Of a DNA stretch of 64,000 nt, positions 39,633 through 49,885 are shown one piece after another (position 1 is the first letter of the stretch; the number at the start of each line of letters is the position of its first letter). The notes under the pieces are model-generated. The model saw nothing but the letters and a program-made list of their open reading frames with translations, searched no databases and was not told the origin of the DNA. This stretch comes from Bythopirellula sp. (GTDB taxonomy: Bacteria; Planctomycetota; Planctomycetia; Pirellulales; Lacipirellulaceae). The DNA is taken from contig OZ244170.1 in the NCBI GenBank assembly GCA_965216565.1, forward strand, positions 1,792,001 through 1,856,000, given 5' to 3'. The translations under genes were made by a program, and so were the position numbers.

Positions 39633-41828
39633 TTAGCGAAGAAAAGCTTCATGCAAACCACCATCGACGTTGATGATTTGTCCTGTGGTTTTACTCGATT
39701 TTTCAGATAGCAGGAAGTACGCCGCTTCGGCCTGATCGGATGGCGTGATCGGTTGCTTCGTCAATGTTCGCTGGGCATAGAACTGGGCAAGCTTGGTGCG
39801 AAGTTGATCGTCGGACTCGGAGTCAGAAAATTCAATTTCGTATTTCGCCAGGGAAGATATAACCCGATCTCGCGGAAACATGGTCGATCCTTCCACGACC
39901 GTAGCCGGTGCGATAGCATTGACACGTACTAGGGGGGCCATTTCAATGGCTAGTTCGCGGACTAAGTGGTTCGCTGCCGCTTTGGAAGTGTCGTAGGCAA
40001 GTGATCCACGTTTAGCAACTGCTCCATTGACGCTGGTTGTTAGTACCACCGATCCCTCAAGACCCTGCTTCTCGAACACGTCGCGCGCTGCCTCTACCAA
40101 GTTGTAGCTTCCTCGGACGTTGACGTCGAACGAAAGTTTCCATTGCTCGGCACTGTTTTTGCCATCGCGTCCTGGTGCCATAAACACGCCTGCCGTGACG
40201 ACAACGTTGTCGAGCCCTCCATAGGCAAGCAATGTCTGGCGAAGGGCAGCCTGGATCGATTCCGGATTAGTAATGTCAACTGCCACTCCGATAGCCGGGC
40301 CGCAATTGGAAATCCCCGATCCGGCTACACCAATGCCCTCACCATAGATTCCTCTTAATTCATTCGCCGTTGCTTGCGCCGATTCCAAGTGTAGGTCGGC
40401 ACAGACCACGTGGGCCCCCTCTTTGGCGACGCGATGGGCAATCTGTTTGCCGATGCCGGAACCTGCTCCCACGACGAGAACGATACTCCTAGCCAGTTCC
40501 TTTTCGGGCGGCATACGCTTGAGTTTTGCTTCCTCTAAGAGCCAATACTCAATATCGAAAGCTTCCTGTTGCGGAAGAGCAATGTACTCGTCAATCGCTT
40601 CCGCGCCCCGCATCACTTCTACGGCACAATTGTAAAACTCGGCGGTAACTCTCGATTCACTCTTGTTCTTGCCCCAAGCAATCATGCCTATGCCGGGAAT
40701 CAGCACGACTGTGGGATTCGGGTCTCGCATGGCTGGCGAGTTCTCATGTTTGCAAGATTCGTAGTAAGCCTGATAGTCCTTGCGGTACTGATTAAGGCCC
40801 GAGTCTAACTTATCCTTTAAAGATTCGAGGTCCTCGCCTTGCGGATTCCAATCCACGTAGAGTGGTTTAATCTTCGTGCGTAAGAAATGATCAGGGCAAC
40901 TAGTACCTAGTTCAGCTAGTCGAGCGGTATCGTGCGAATTGACAAAACTGAGAATTTTCGCGTCCGACTGCAAAGTGCCGATGAATTTCTTCTGCTGACA
41001 AATCTGCCCGCGGAGCCACGGCAATAGTTCTGCAAGTAGCGTGTCTCTTTGCTCCTTGTCCATTGTCTTGTACTTTTGACCACCAAACGTCTCTTCACCC
41101 TTGTCTTTGGACTCAATGAATTGAGCTGCTTTGTCAATCAGCGACAAGGTTAGCTCATAGCACTCACGATCATCATCGGCCCAATTGATCAAACCGTGCT
41201 GGCCCATAACCAGGCCTTCCAGGTGCGGATTTTTCTCCACCTCCCCCTGCATCAATAGCCCTAGCTCGAATCCTGGGCGCAGCCATGGTACCCAACCCAC
41301 TTGATCGCCAAAGATCTCCTTCGTCAGTTCCTCACTCCTTCGACTCGCTGCAATAGATATCACCGAGTTGGGGTGCATGTGATCGATATGCTTCGCAGGC
41401 AAAAAGCCGTGCAGCGGTGTGTCGATCGAACTAGCCCGAGGATTGAGGTTAAACGTGCAGTGTGGAAAGTAGCCCACCATCGCATCTTCCGCAGGCGTCT
41501 TAGGTCCTCGTTGTGGCTGGGCTTGGTACGTCTGCTGCAACCCTAGCAACTTGTGAAGATAGAGTGAGGCAAAATTCTCACTCTTGCTGGTCCGCAGATC
41601 ACCGCCGGAACCCTTTACCCAAAGCACCTCGACTTCTTCGCCAGTTAGAGGATCAATCTCGATCAATTTTGCCGAAGTGTTTCCACCTCCGGTATTAGTG
41701 ATCCTCTGATCGGCCCCTAGCCAGTTAGATCTCTTGACGAGACGCTCAATTCCCGAGGCATCTTTGATTTCGTCATTGTCCCAATGGTTATCAACGCTGG
41801 TGAAGTTTTTCGTGGTAATTGTTGACAT
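39633..41828 (-). CDS. rhaD: Bifunctional rhamnulose-1-phosphate aldolase / short-chain dehydrogenase (RhaD/RhaEW type)
   Basis: GGGNTS, KGSGGD, DHMHP, CPDHFLRTK and IEYWLLEEAKL; SDR domain with GAGSGIG and YDTSK. Confidence 0.92.
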   Translation of the reverse strand: MSTITTKNFTSVDNHWDNDEIKDASGIERLVKRSNWLGADQRITNTGGGNTSAKLIEIDPLTGEEVEVLWVKGSGGDLRTSKSENFASLYLHKLLGLQQTYQAQPQRGPKTPAEDAMVGYFPHCTFNLNPRASSIDTPLHGFLPAKHIDHMHPNSVISIAASRRSEELTKEIFGDQVGWVPWLRPGFELGLLMQGEVEKNPHLEGLVMGQHGLINWADDDRECYELTLSLIDKAAQFIESKDKGEETFGGQKYKTMDKEQRDTLLAELLPWLRGQICQQKKFIGTLQSDAKILSFVNSHDTARLAELGTSCPDHFLRTKIKPLYVDWNPQGEDLESLKDKLDSGLNQYRKDYQAYYESCKHENSPAMRDPNPTVVLIPGIGMIAWGKNKSESRVTAEFYNCAVEVMRGAEAIDEYIALPQQEAFDIEYWLLEEAKLKRMPPEKELARSIVLVVGAGSGIGKQIAHRVAKEGAHVVCADLHLESAQATANELRGIYGEGIGVAGSGISNCGPAIGVAVDITNPESIQAALRQTLLAYGGLDNVVVTAGVFMAPGRDGKNSAEQWKLSFDVNVRGSYNLVEAARDVFEKQGLEGSVVLTTSVNGAVAKRGSLAYDTSKAAANHLVRELAIEMAPLVRVNAIAPATVVEGSTMFPRDRVISSLAKYEIEFSDSESDDQLRTKLAQFYAQRTLTKQPITPSDQAEAAYFLLSEKSSKTTGQIINVDGGLHEAFLR

Positions 41829-41860
41829 AGTATCGATGTGTCTTTTTGTTGGGATAACGA

Positions 41861-41889
41861 TTGCCAGCGGGCATATTCCCACTTATAAT
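41861..41889 (+). promoter_or_regulatory. Sigma70 promoter of the DeoR-mqo unit
   Basis: TTGCCA-17nt-TATAAT. Confidence 0.7.
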
Positions 41890-41941
41890 GGCCCAAGTCA
41901 AGTATATTAGCAGTCATTTTGACAGATTTTGTGGGATTAAC

Positions 41942-42757
41942 ATGCCTGAAGCCAAGAAAACCCCACTTGCACGACAACGACGTGTAGAAATCCTATCGGA
42001 CCTGGAAGATAAGGGCTCAGTCCGGGTAGCGAGGTTAGCAGAAAGATTTGGCGTAGCCGAGGAAACCATCCGTCGCGATCTGGAGAAGCTTAGTGACGAA
42101 GGAAGATTGGCACGAACACACGGTGGGGCACTCAGTATTCGGAACCAACGTTTCGATCTTCCCTCGGCAGTGCGCCGAAACACACAAGCTGCCGAAAAGC
42201 AACGAATTGCTAGCCAAGCCCTCAAACACATCGAAGCACACGACGTGGTGGCCTTTGATGCTTCGACGACCGTGTTGGAATTGGCATGCCTGCTTCCAGA
42301 CATGCCGCTTACCGTGATTACCTATGGCTTGGACGCAGCGCGATTTTTCATTGATCGCCCACAGATCCAAGTGATTTCCACAGGCGGAGAACTCGATGCA
42401 CAGTCAGTCTGCTTGTTGGGCCCGATTGCAGAGAATACTCTGCGACAGTACTCCATCAATAAGGCTTTTTGCTCTGCGAACGGTATAGATTTAGAACGTG
42501 GCTTCAGTGAAGCAACAACAGCTCATGCCTCGATCAAGCGACTACTTATGCAACTTTCTAGAAAGACATTCATGCTGGCCGATCACCAGAAGTTCGGTGT
42601 CCGCTCAATGGCCTACTCAGGGAAGTTGGCCGATGTGAGCGTTGTGATCACCGACGAGCAGACCGATCCGAGCTTCCTGGAATCGCTTAACAAAGCCGGG
42701 GTTGAAACCGAGATTGCACCAACCAGAGTGCTTCCAATAGCGGGAAAAACAGGATGA
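41942..42757 (+). CDS. DeoR/GlpR family regulator (probable rhamnose repressor)
   Basis: LAERFGVAEETIRRDL, RTHGGA, DASTT and LADHQKFG motifs; divergent from the rha genes. Confidence 0.93.
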   Translation: MPEAKKTPLARQRRVEILSDLEDKGSVRVARLAERFGVAEETIRRDLEKLSDEGRLARTHGGALSIRNQRFDLPSAVRRNTQAAEKQRIASQALKHIEAHDVVAFDASTTVLELACLLPDMPLTVITYGLDAARFFIDRPQIQVISTGGELDAQSVCLLGPIAENTLRQYSINKAFCSANGIDLERGFSEATTAHASIKRLLMQLSRKTFMLADHQKFGVRSMAYSGKLADVSVVITDEQTDPSFLESLNKAGVETEIAPTRVLPIAGKTG

Positions 42758-44256
42758 CGCTCAACAAAATCATCGAACTTCCCGATGTCGTGCTAATCGG
42801 CAGTGGCATTATGTCAGCCACTCTAGGCGCTATTCTTAAGAGACTCGACCCGACATTGCGCATCCAGTTGCTAGAAGTAACCAGCGACTTAGCTCAAGAG
42901 GCTTCCCACGGTTGGCACAACGCCGGCACCGGCCACGCTGGCATCTGCGAACTCAGTTACACTCCCAATCAGCATGACGATGGTTCGGTAGACGTCACCA
43001 AGGCTATCAATGTATTTCAGGAGTTTGAGCAATCAAAGCAATTCTGGGCACAAGCCGTAGCGACAGGGATGCTCGGCGAGCCACAAAGCTTTCTCAATGC
43101 CGTTCCACACGTGAGCTTTGTCTACGGGGAGAAGCAAGTTGCATTCTTGCAAGCCCGCTACGAAGCAATGTCCGCTCATCATTTTTTCAGCGACATGGAG
43201 TTTACTACCGATTCTGCGCGGATCGCCGAATGGGCCCCCTTGCTGACGACTGGCCGCGCACATATGCCCGTCGCGGCTACCCGTATGGAGTCCGGCACCG
43301 ACGTTAATTTTGGCGAGATTGCTCGCCAACTTGTCACCTGGCTCGGTCAGCAGGAAGATTGTGGAGTGGCGACTGGACATCGAGTTACGAATCTTCATCG
43401 AAACGGAGATGAATGGTCTGTTGAAGCTCACAAACTAGAATCGAATCAGCTAAGCAATATTCGCACCAAATTTGTATTTGTCGGAGCTGGCGGCGGTAGC
43501 TTACAACTGCTTCAAAAAGCTGCCTTGCCAGAGATTCGCGGCTATGGCGGATTTCCTGTGGGTGGTCAGTGGCTCGTTTGCGACAATCCGGAAATCGTTT
43601 CACGCCACCAAGCCAAAGTCTACGGACAAGCGCAAGACGAAGCGCCCACAATGGCGGTACCTCATTTAGATACCCGAGTTATTGATAATAAAAGGTGGTT
43701 GCTGTTCGGACCTTTCGCTGCCTGGACAACGAAGTTTCTGCATGAAGGGGGTAGTTGGACAGATCTGGCAGGATCACTAAGAGTCCACAATTTGCTTCCG
43801 CTCATGAAAGTTGGGTTAGCCAACCTGCCACTAGTCAAATATCTGATTCAGCAGGGCACCCAGAGCATGGCCGCTCGGCTCGAATTACTGCGAACTTATT
43901 ATCCAGAAGCTCGCGAAGAAGACTGGCGACTAATCGACGCAGGCATCCGCGTTCAAGCAATCAAAAAGGAGGACGGTGCCACAGGAATCGTTCATTACGG
44001 TACCGAAGTAGTGACCGATAAAGACAACTCGCTTGCTGCGTTACTCGGAGCATCTCCAGGAGCTTCCGTATCAACGTCAATAATGATGAACGTCGTGCAA
44101 CAATGTTTCCCGCAGTTAGTCGAGGGATCGCAAGCCTTATCAAACGTGCAGCAATGGATCCCCAGCTACGGCCACGACCTCATTGCGGAATCTGGAAGCG
44201 AGCTTTATCAGCAACTCAATCGAAAAGCCTGCCGGCACTTACAACTCACTCTTTAG
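42754..44256 (+). CDS. mqo: Malate:quinone oxidoreductase
   Basis: IGSGIMSATL, NAGTGHAGICEL, PTMAVPHLDTR and LLGASPGAS motifs. Confidence 0.92.
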   Translation: MTLNKIIELPDVVLIGSGIMSATLGAILKRLDPTLRIQLLEVTSDLAQEASHGWHNAGTGHAGICELSYTPNQHDDGSVDVTKAINVFQEFEQSKQFWAQAVATGMLGEPQSFLNAVPHVSFVYGEKQVAFLQARYEAMSAHHFFSDMEFTTDSARIAEWAPLLTTGRAHMPVAATRMESGTDVNFGEIARQLVTWLGQQEDCGVATGHRVTNLHRNGDEWSVEAHKLESNQLSNIRTKFVFVGAGGGSLQLLQKAALPEIRGYGGFPVGGQWLVCDNPEIVSRHQAKVYGQAQDEAPTMAVPHLDTRVIDNKRWLLFGPFAAWTTKFLHEGGSWTDLAGSLRVHNLLPLMKVGLANLPLVKYLIQQGTQSMAARLELLRTYYPEAREEDWRLIDAGIRVQAIKKEDGATGIVHYGTEVVTDKDNSLAALLGASPGASVSTSIMMNVVQQCFPQLVEGSQALSNVQQWIPSYGHDLIAESGSELYQQLNRKACRHLQLTL

Positions 44257-44376
44257 ATTTCCACTCCTACTCGCAGAGCAGATGAGAAGTACAGTTCCAG
44301 TAGTTCTCAGAAAAGAACAGTCGGTCTAGAATACCGAATTCCCTGAATCAATCGGCAAGATTTTCAAGGATGAGAG

Positions 44377-44460
44377 TACCGGAGGTGGGACTCGAACCCA
44401 CACGATCTTGCGATCACTGGATTTTGAATCCAGCGCGTCTGCCAATTCCGCCACTCCGGC
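44377..44460 (-). tRNA. tRNA-Leu(CAA)
   Basis: GCCGGAGTGGCGGAATTGGCAGACGC...loop TTCAAAA, long variable arm, GGTTCGAGTCC. Confidence 0.97.
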
Positions 44461-44773
44461 ATGCGATACACTGTAATAAGTTACGATCATTCTCACGCAC
44501 GTCAATGTGTAACCTTCACTTCTGCCATGCATTTCTACTGCAACTGCAGAGTCGCACGTGACTAGCTCCTTCCACGAATCCTAAAGATTCGGGCGAAACG
44601 GCGGACTACTGAGGGAAAACGCATTCTAGGGGGATTTTTTTGCAATTGTCCACTCTTATAGTTTGGCAATTCTTGCAGATTGTGCTGAAAGGACAGGGAT
44701 TCTTACAATAAGCTAGACGGGCAGAAAGTAGCCTCGGATTCTTAAAGTTCGGAACCCAAACGATCGTTGAGCT

Positions 44774-46099
44774 ATGCACAATCTCTCTGCCACTCGGAGA
44801 CAATTTTTAAGACTTTCTGCTTGGTCTGGATCGATGTTCCTGCTCGGCAAAAACTTGGGAAATTCTACCTATGCCCAGAACAAGCCAGCCACTGAGAAAT
44901 ACAAGCTGTCTCGGGAGAAAACTCTAGGACTACTCCTAGGTTCGGCTATCGGAGATGCGTTGGGAGGCCCCATCGAATTTCAAGAGTCTGACGATGTTGC
45001 CCCACTTGTGTTAAATTGCCGAGGCTGGGATGACAAACGACAGCTGACGCAAAAAGATGTTGAGCAATTCGCGGATTCGCTTGAACTTAGTTCCTACGGA
45101 AAATTGAGACCAAAGCCTGAGCCGTATGGCCAATGGAAACCGAAGGCTGCTGCGGGGACCATTACCGATGACACTCGTCATAAAATGGTGTTGCTAAATG
45201 CCTTGAATCTGGCTGACCAAGAGGAACGCTTTCCGATTTCACAAAGTGATCTGGCTGAGGCCTACTTGACGTTTTCCGAAGAGGCTCTGATCGCCAGTCG
45301 ACCGGAGTATCAAGAGCTGTGTGAAGAGTCCTTAAGAGAGTATCGCAAATCGGCGAATTGGATTGCGGGAAACCATGACCTCGAGATTGCTGCGCCGCCT
45401 CAGCGTATTTGGGCAGGCATCCCGACTTGCTGTGGCCAGATGACACTGTTGCCGTTGGCCGCCATCTTTCCAGGCCAACCAGGGAGAGCTTATCAAGCCA
45501 GTTACTCCTTGGGTTTTTTTGATACAGGCGCAGCCAAAGACATCAATTCCGCGATTGTTGCCGGGCTCTCTGTGGCGTTACAGCAGATTCCACCGACCGG
45601 TCCGCCCACAAGTCGGCAAGTATGGAACAGCATTGCCGCGGCGATGAATTCTACTGATCCTTATCGCTATGCAGAGATCCCTTTTGTGGTTCGGCCGACG
45701 ACGCATTGGCTGGAATTTGCAAAGAATGCTGTACGTCGAGCGGATCGCAAACCCAAAGTACTCTACGAAATACTTGAGAGGGAAGGGCAGGTAAAATACT
45801 ACTGGGAGTCGCACTTTATATTATCGTTGGTCTTCGCCGCTATTGAATTTTGCGACTACGACCCACTTGCCGCGATGGCCTTGATTCTCGATTTCGGGCA
45901 CGACACAGACTCAGGTGCACAACTGCTGGGAGCCTTTCTCGGAGCGATTTACGGTCCAGTACTATTTCCACAGAAGCTGCAGAAACCTGTAATCACTCGA
46001 TTAGCCGAAGACTACGACGTCGACCTCAACCAATGGACCGACCTGCTGCAGCGACTTGCGGACCGCGAGAAGTATCCCGAAGTGGTCAGCTTGCGGTAA
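44774..46099 (+). CDS. Tat-exported ADP-ribosylglycohydrolase family protein
   Basis: TRRQFL Tat motif; IGDALGGPIE, TDDT and GHDTDS motifs. Confidence 0.85.
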   Translation: MHNLSATRRQFLRLSAWSGSMFLLGKNLGNSTYAQNKPATEKYKLSREKTLGLLLGSAIGDALGGPIEFQESDDVAPLVLNCRGWDDKRQLTQKDVEQFADSLELSSYGKLRPKPEPYGQWKPKAAAGTITDDTRHKMVLLNALNLADQEERFPISQSDLAEAYLTFSEEALIASRPEYQELCEESLREYRKSANWIAGNHDLEIAAPPQRIWAGIPTCCGQMTLLPLAAIFPGQPGRAYQASYSLGFFDTGAAKDINSAIVAGLSVALQQIPPTGPPTSRQVWNSIAAAMNSTDPYRYAEIPFVVRPTTHWLEFAKNAVRRADRKPKVLYEILEREGQVKYYWESHFILSLVFAAIEFCDYDPLAAMALILDFGHDTDSGAQLLGAFLGAIYGPVLFPQKLQKPVITRLAEDYDVDLNQWTDLLQRLADREKYPEVVSLR

Positions 46100-46100
46100 C

Positions 46101-47849
46101 TTACCAACCGCGACTACTCCTCAGCAGTGAGCAGCCAAAAACCACGCAGGAGACGTAGAAAAGCACCGAGGGTTCGGGCACTGTAGCAACGGCCGCTAGT
46201 GGGCTTGAATTATTGGCCCCGAATTGTTGCTGCCAAAGGAGAAAATCAAGGCCATCGGATGTACCATTCCCGTCGGCGTCGCTTGTGCTGTTCGTCCCAA
46301 ATGCCGCCTCCCATTGCGCCAGGTCTGCTGAGCCGACCGTGCCATCAAAATCGAAATCAGCACTTAAGAAACTAGCGTTAGCATTCCAAGGAAATACCGG
46401 CAGTTCGTCCAGTACAATAATGTCTTCGTGCCCCAATGTGGCTTGCAAGTCGGCAGGCGACATAGCGTCGACAAAACTGCCGCTCCACGGCATGAAATAA
46501 CTCCAATCGATTTCCCATTGATCCATTACGTCGGGGTCAGGAAGCGTTCCAGTTTCGGATAAGGCAATCATCTTATTGCCATCGTACTGCTCCAAGATGT
46601 CATACCACTGGCCACTCATGCTTGAACTGGGATCGGTATAGATATCTAGTCCAATCATATCGACAACATCGTCCCCCGGATACCAATCGAGATGATCACC
46701 TTCCGCCGCAGAAGAGGTGAACTCCCAGATTAAATTGTGCAGGCCATGCACATTGGTGAGTCGATCGTGGGTAAGGTTCCACAGCTCCTTAAACGCTTCC
46801 GGGCCGTGAGCTCCCCACCAAAACCATTCCCCTTGGGCTTCGTGTAATGGCCGCCAAAGGACAGGCACTCCAGCGTCCTCAAACTTCTGCAGTTCTACAG
46901 CAATCGCATCGATGTCTCGCAGCAGCAGCTGGTAGTCGCTACCGGCAGGATTGGCCAATGCAGCCGGCAAGTCGAATGTTGTGGCATAAGTATAGAAACC
47001 TCGCCACCATTCCTTGCCTGGGGTGTTGATCAAGTCGGTTGGAGCGTTCCAATGCCACATCATGCTCACGACGCCACCAGTTTGCTGAGCCCAAGCGATC
47101 GTCTGTTCCGTCTCGTTATCTGGTGTAGACCCAAATTGAACTCGTGATGGCGAGTACTCGATAAAATCAGAACCCCGAATCGCCGGTACCATACCACCGG
47201 ACTTATTGAGGTAGCTTTGCACGGGAAACGAGAGGTTCTTACTCACCTCATGCTGCTGTCCAGAGAGTGTCTTGTGGCCGTATTGGCTGGCCAAGTAGTT
47301 CATTAAAATACGAGTGTTATGGTCTGCTTGCGTGTCGTTCAATTGCGAAGTGATGGGAGAAAGCGCCGGTGGTGTGAACGGACGAAATTCTAAATAGTCC
47401 AGATCGTAGAAACCCCACCCCTCGTAGATACCTAAAGTGTTCGTGCCGTCGGCTAGACTGAACAGCCCGGCCCGGTCTTCCGCAAATGTCGCTGATTGAT
47501 CGAACATTCCACTTCCAAACTCGCCGTCGACCTGGTAATCGTATCCCTTGGGCCCATACTGCGATCGGTAGCCAACCCACATTTCATACAATCCTTCTGG
47601 GACGTTGACATTTAATTCCACATAGTCGCTGAGCGCGTCCTGATTGTTGAATCCAGTAACATAGCCTGTGCCCGAATAGCCGGATACAGATGTACTAGTG
47701 ACCACATTCTCCAGCGTTCCGTCCTCGGCTTCGTATCGATAAGGTTGGCTTTGTGCAGAGGGCGCAAATAGACCGACAAGCAACATGGCGGCAGCGGCCG
47801 AGAATATCGAGGGAATCCCACTGTAGCCTATTCCTTGAGCGCTGCGCAT
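46101..47849 (-). CDS. GH26 beta-mannanase with CBM35-like domain, dockerin-like repeats and PEP-CTERM
   Basis: YEAEDG, WHWNAP, WWRGFYT, RPLHEA, WFWWG, WYPGDD and LSETG; VPEP tail; ATG 47849 with GGAG RBS. Confidence 0.92.
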   Translation of the reverse strand: MRSAQGIGYSGIPSIFSAAAAMLLVGLFAPSAQSQPYRYEAEDGTLENVVTSTSVSGYSGTGYVTGFNNQDALSDYVELNVNVPEGLYEMWVGYRSQYGPKGYDYQVDGEFGSGMFDQSATFAEDRAGLFSLADGTNTLGIYEGWGFYDLDYLEFRPFTPPALSPITSQLNDTQADHNTRILMNYLASQYGHKTLSGQQHEVSKNLSFPVQSYLNKSGGMVPAIRGSDFIEYSPSRVQFGSTPDNETEQTIAWAQQTGGVVSMMWHWNAPTDLINTPGKEWWRGFYTYATTFDLPAALANPAGSDYQLLLRDIDAIAVELQKFEDAGVPVLWRPLHEAQGEWFWWGAHGPEAFKELWNLTHDRLTNVHGLHNLIWEFTSSAAEGDHLDWYPGDDVVDMIGLDIYTDPSSSMSGQWYDILEQYDGNKMIALSETGTLPDPDVMDQWEIDWSYFMPWSGSFVDAMSPADLQATLGHEDIIVLDELPVFPWNANASFLSADFDFDGTVGSADLAQWEAAFGTNSTSDADGNGTSDGLDFLLWQQQFGANNSSPLAAVATVPEPSVLFYVSCVVFGCSLLRSSRGW

Positions 47850-47856
47850 AGGTGGG

Positions 47857-49860
47857 TTAACTCCAGCCGCCGTTCCTACGCGAGCAGCAAATATAGCCAA
47901 ATAGCAGAAGAAGAACCGACGAAGGTTCCGGCACAGCGGCAGAGGCAGCAGTTTGTCCAACGGTGCCATACTGAGTTTCCCAAATTGCAAGATCAAGACC
48001 GTCAACCGCTCCGTCTCCGTTGGCGTCGCCTTGGGCGAGCGTGGCGCCAGAAGCAATGCCCAGCCCCTCTTGCAAAGCAAGAAAATCAAGGCCATCGACA
48101 CGCCCATTTCCATCGAAGTCGGCGTCTTCCCCTACGAAAGTCGTGTCGGTCAGTGCGATACGATCAATATAGACCGTCGCACTATTCCCATTAGGCCAAA
48201 TTCCATCAAAACCAATATGAAAGTCTAGCCCCGTGATACCTGAGACGAGCGTACTTGAATTGTCGAGACTGTTGAGCGGGATCTCCACTGTGAACGTCTG
48301 ATTAGTCGGACCGCCAATATCAGCAAACGGAAACGCTTGCCCCCATTCCGACCCTGGTGTGGATTGGAAAGAAATATGCATGTCCATATCGGTTAGCCCG
48401 GCTGGGAGATCCGTCGCCACGTAAGTTACGTCGATCTCCAAGTTGTAATTATCAATGTCGTCCTCTATCGCATCGAGCATCGCTTGCAACTGATCGCCAG
48501 ACATGACCACTTCAGCATCCCAAGTCCAGTCGTCATCGCTCTTGGTGATCGACATAGCACCATTTCCGTCAGTATTGCCCGTGCCCGTGACTTGTGCGAG
48601 TGTACTGGTTGAGCCCGAGAATCCAGGGAACTGAAAACCCTGAAGATCATTCTCGAAACTATAAAGCACCTCGGTTCCGCCTGCGGGTGGCGGAGGTTCG
48701 TTGGGATCGGGCGGCAGGGGGGTGGTGACAAAATCTGATAGCCACTGCGAAGTTTGAACGTTGTTGGCATGCGGCTCCGAGCCACTGACGCCCATGTCCC
48801 ATAGGTTGCCACCGGTGCCTGGCATCCCCCAATTCCAAATATGCGCCGCTAAGAACTCGCTGCCCCGGCCGTCGAGCGCTCGCATCAAACCTTCGTAGGC
48901 CATGTTCTGTTCATCTTCGTCAATCGATCCAATACTATTCTGCGGATTGACCGTGGTACGGTTGTACGGCAGATAGCCGACCTCCGTGAACTCCACTGGC
49001 ATGCCGCTTCCTGCTTTTCGTCCTGCAGCAAACGGCAAGATCTCGTTGTCCAGTTTGTTGTTCCAAGCCGTTTCCACATCGTCAATGAAAGTTGCATCGG
49101 GATAAGATCCTGAAGCATCCGCCTGGCTGTTCGACAAGAGGTTCGTAAAGTAGGAATCGATCCCGATATAATCTATTGATGGGTGTTCCCACATGACATT
49201 GCTGAGATTGCTGTTCTGGTAATTGTCCCAGTTCGCCGCATAGCCTAGCGAGCCCGTGAAGTTCGAGTTCACAGTGCTAATGACAGAGTTCCACTTAGAG
49301 TTATTTCCAGAGTTCTGCGTGATTGCCCTTAGTTCGGTGCCCACTGTCATCGAATCGGCACCGTTGGCTTCCGCCACAACCGCCACGTCGGACAGGTATT
49401 GTTCATAGTCGTCCCAAAACGTGGTCCACTCGCCACTTCCAGGAGTCGGGTCGTAGAACCCGCGCCACATGGAAAAACCTGCTGGCTCTACGAAAGGATT
49501 GACCGTCACTCGCATTCCCAACGATTTGGCACGCGTGATACCAGCCGCAATGTGATTGAGTTCTGGCCCCTGCGAGGAAGTCGTAGCGATCGAACCCGAT
49601 CCTAGCGTCACAAAGCGAACCGGACTGATGGAAACTTCATCAAACCCGGCATCGTGAATCGACTGAACCGCGTTTTCCCAAACGGTGGTGCCAGTAGCAC
49701 CGTAGTTCCACCACGAGATTAAATTGAACCCAACACCCGGATCGACCCCTGGTTCGTAGTAATTGGGGTCAGAAGCCACTGCTGGCGAAAGCAGCAATAG
49801 GCAGGCGATCATCACTCCTTGCAGCGGGAGCAGAAGCCGGTGGCAGTCATAGGTGCGCAT
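47857..49860 (-). CDS. GH113 beta-mannanase with CBM-like domain, dockerin-like repeats and PEP-CTERM
   Basis: WRG, VGTEL, YAANWD, IGIDSYF and FTEVGY; ADFDGNGRVDGLDF repeats; VPEP tail. Confidence 0.88.
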   Translation of the reverse strand: MRTYDCHRLLLPLQGVMIACLLLLSPAVASDPNYYEPGVDPGVGFNLISWWNYGATGTTVWENAVQSIHDAGFDEVSISPVRFVTLGSGSIATTSSQGPELNHIAAGITRAKSLGMRVTVNPFVEPAGFSMWRGFYDPTPGSGEWTTFWDDYEQYLSDVAVVAEANGADSMTVGTELRAITQNSGNNSKWNSVISTVNSNFTGSLGYAANWDNYQNSNLSNVMWEHPSIDYIGIDSYFTNLLSNSQADASGSYPDATFIDDVETAWNNKLDNEILPFAAGRKAGSGMPVEFTEVGYLPYNRTTVNPQNSIGSIDEDEQNMAYEGLMRALDGRGSEFLAAHIWNWGMPGTGGNLWDMGVSGSEPHANNVQTSQWLSDFVTTPLPPDPNEPPPPAGGTEVLYSFENDLQGFQFPGFSGSTSTLAQVTGTGNTDGNGAMSITKSDDDWTWDAEVVMSGDQLQAMLDAIEDDIDNYNLEIDVTYVATDLPAGLTDMDMHISFQSTPGSEWGQAFPFADIGGPTNQTFTVEIPLNSLDNSSTLVSGITGLDFHIGFDGIWPNGNSATVYIDRIALTDTTFVGEDADFDGNGRVDGLDFLALQEGLGIASGATLAQGDANGDGAVDGLDLAIWETQYGTVGQTAASAAVPEPSSVLLLLFGYICCSRRNGGWS

Positions 49861-49885
49861 CAAGGAACTCGATTTAGATTCCGGG

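Noticed and set aside
47850..48113. N-terminal extension of GH26 to 48113 in the ORF track
   Set aside because: It overlaps the GH113 3' end; ATG 47849 has an RBS and precedes a signal peptide
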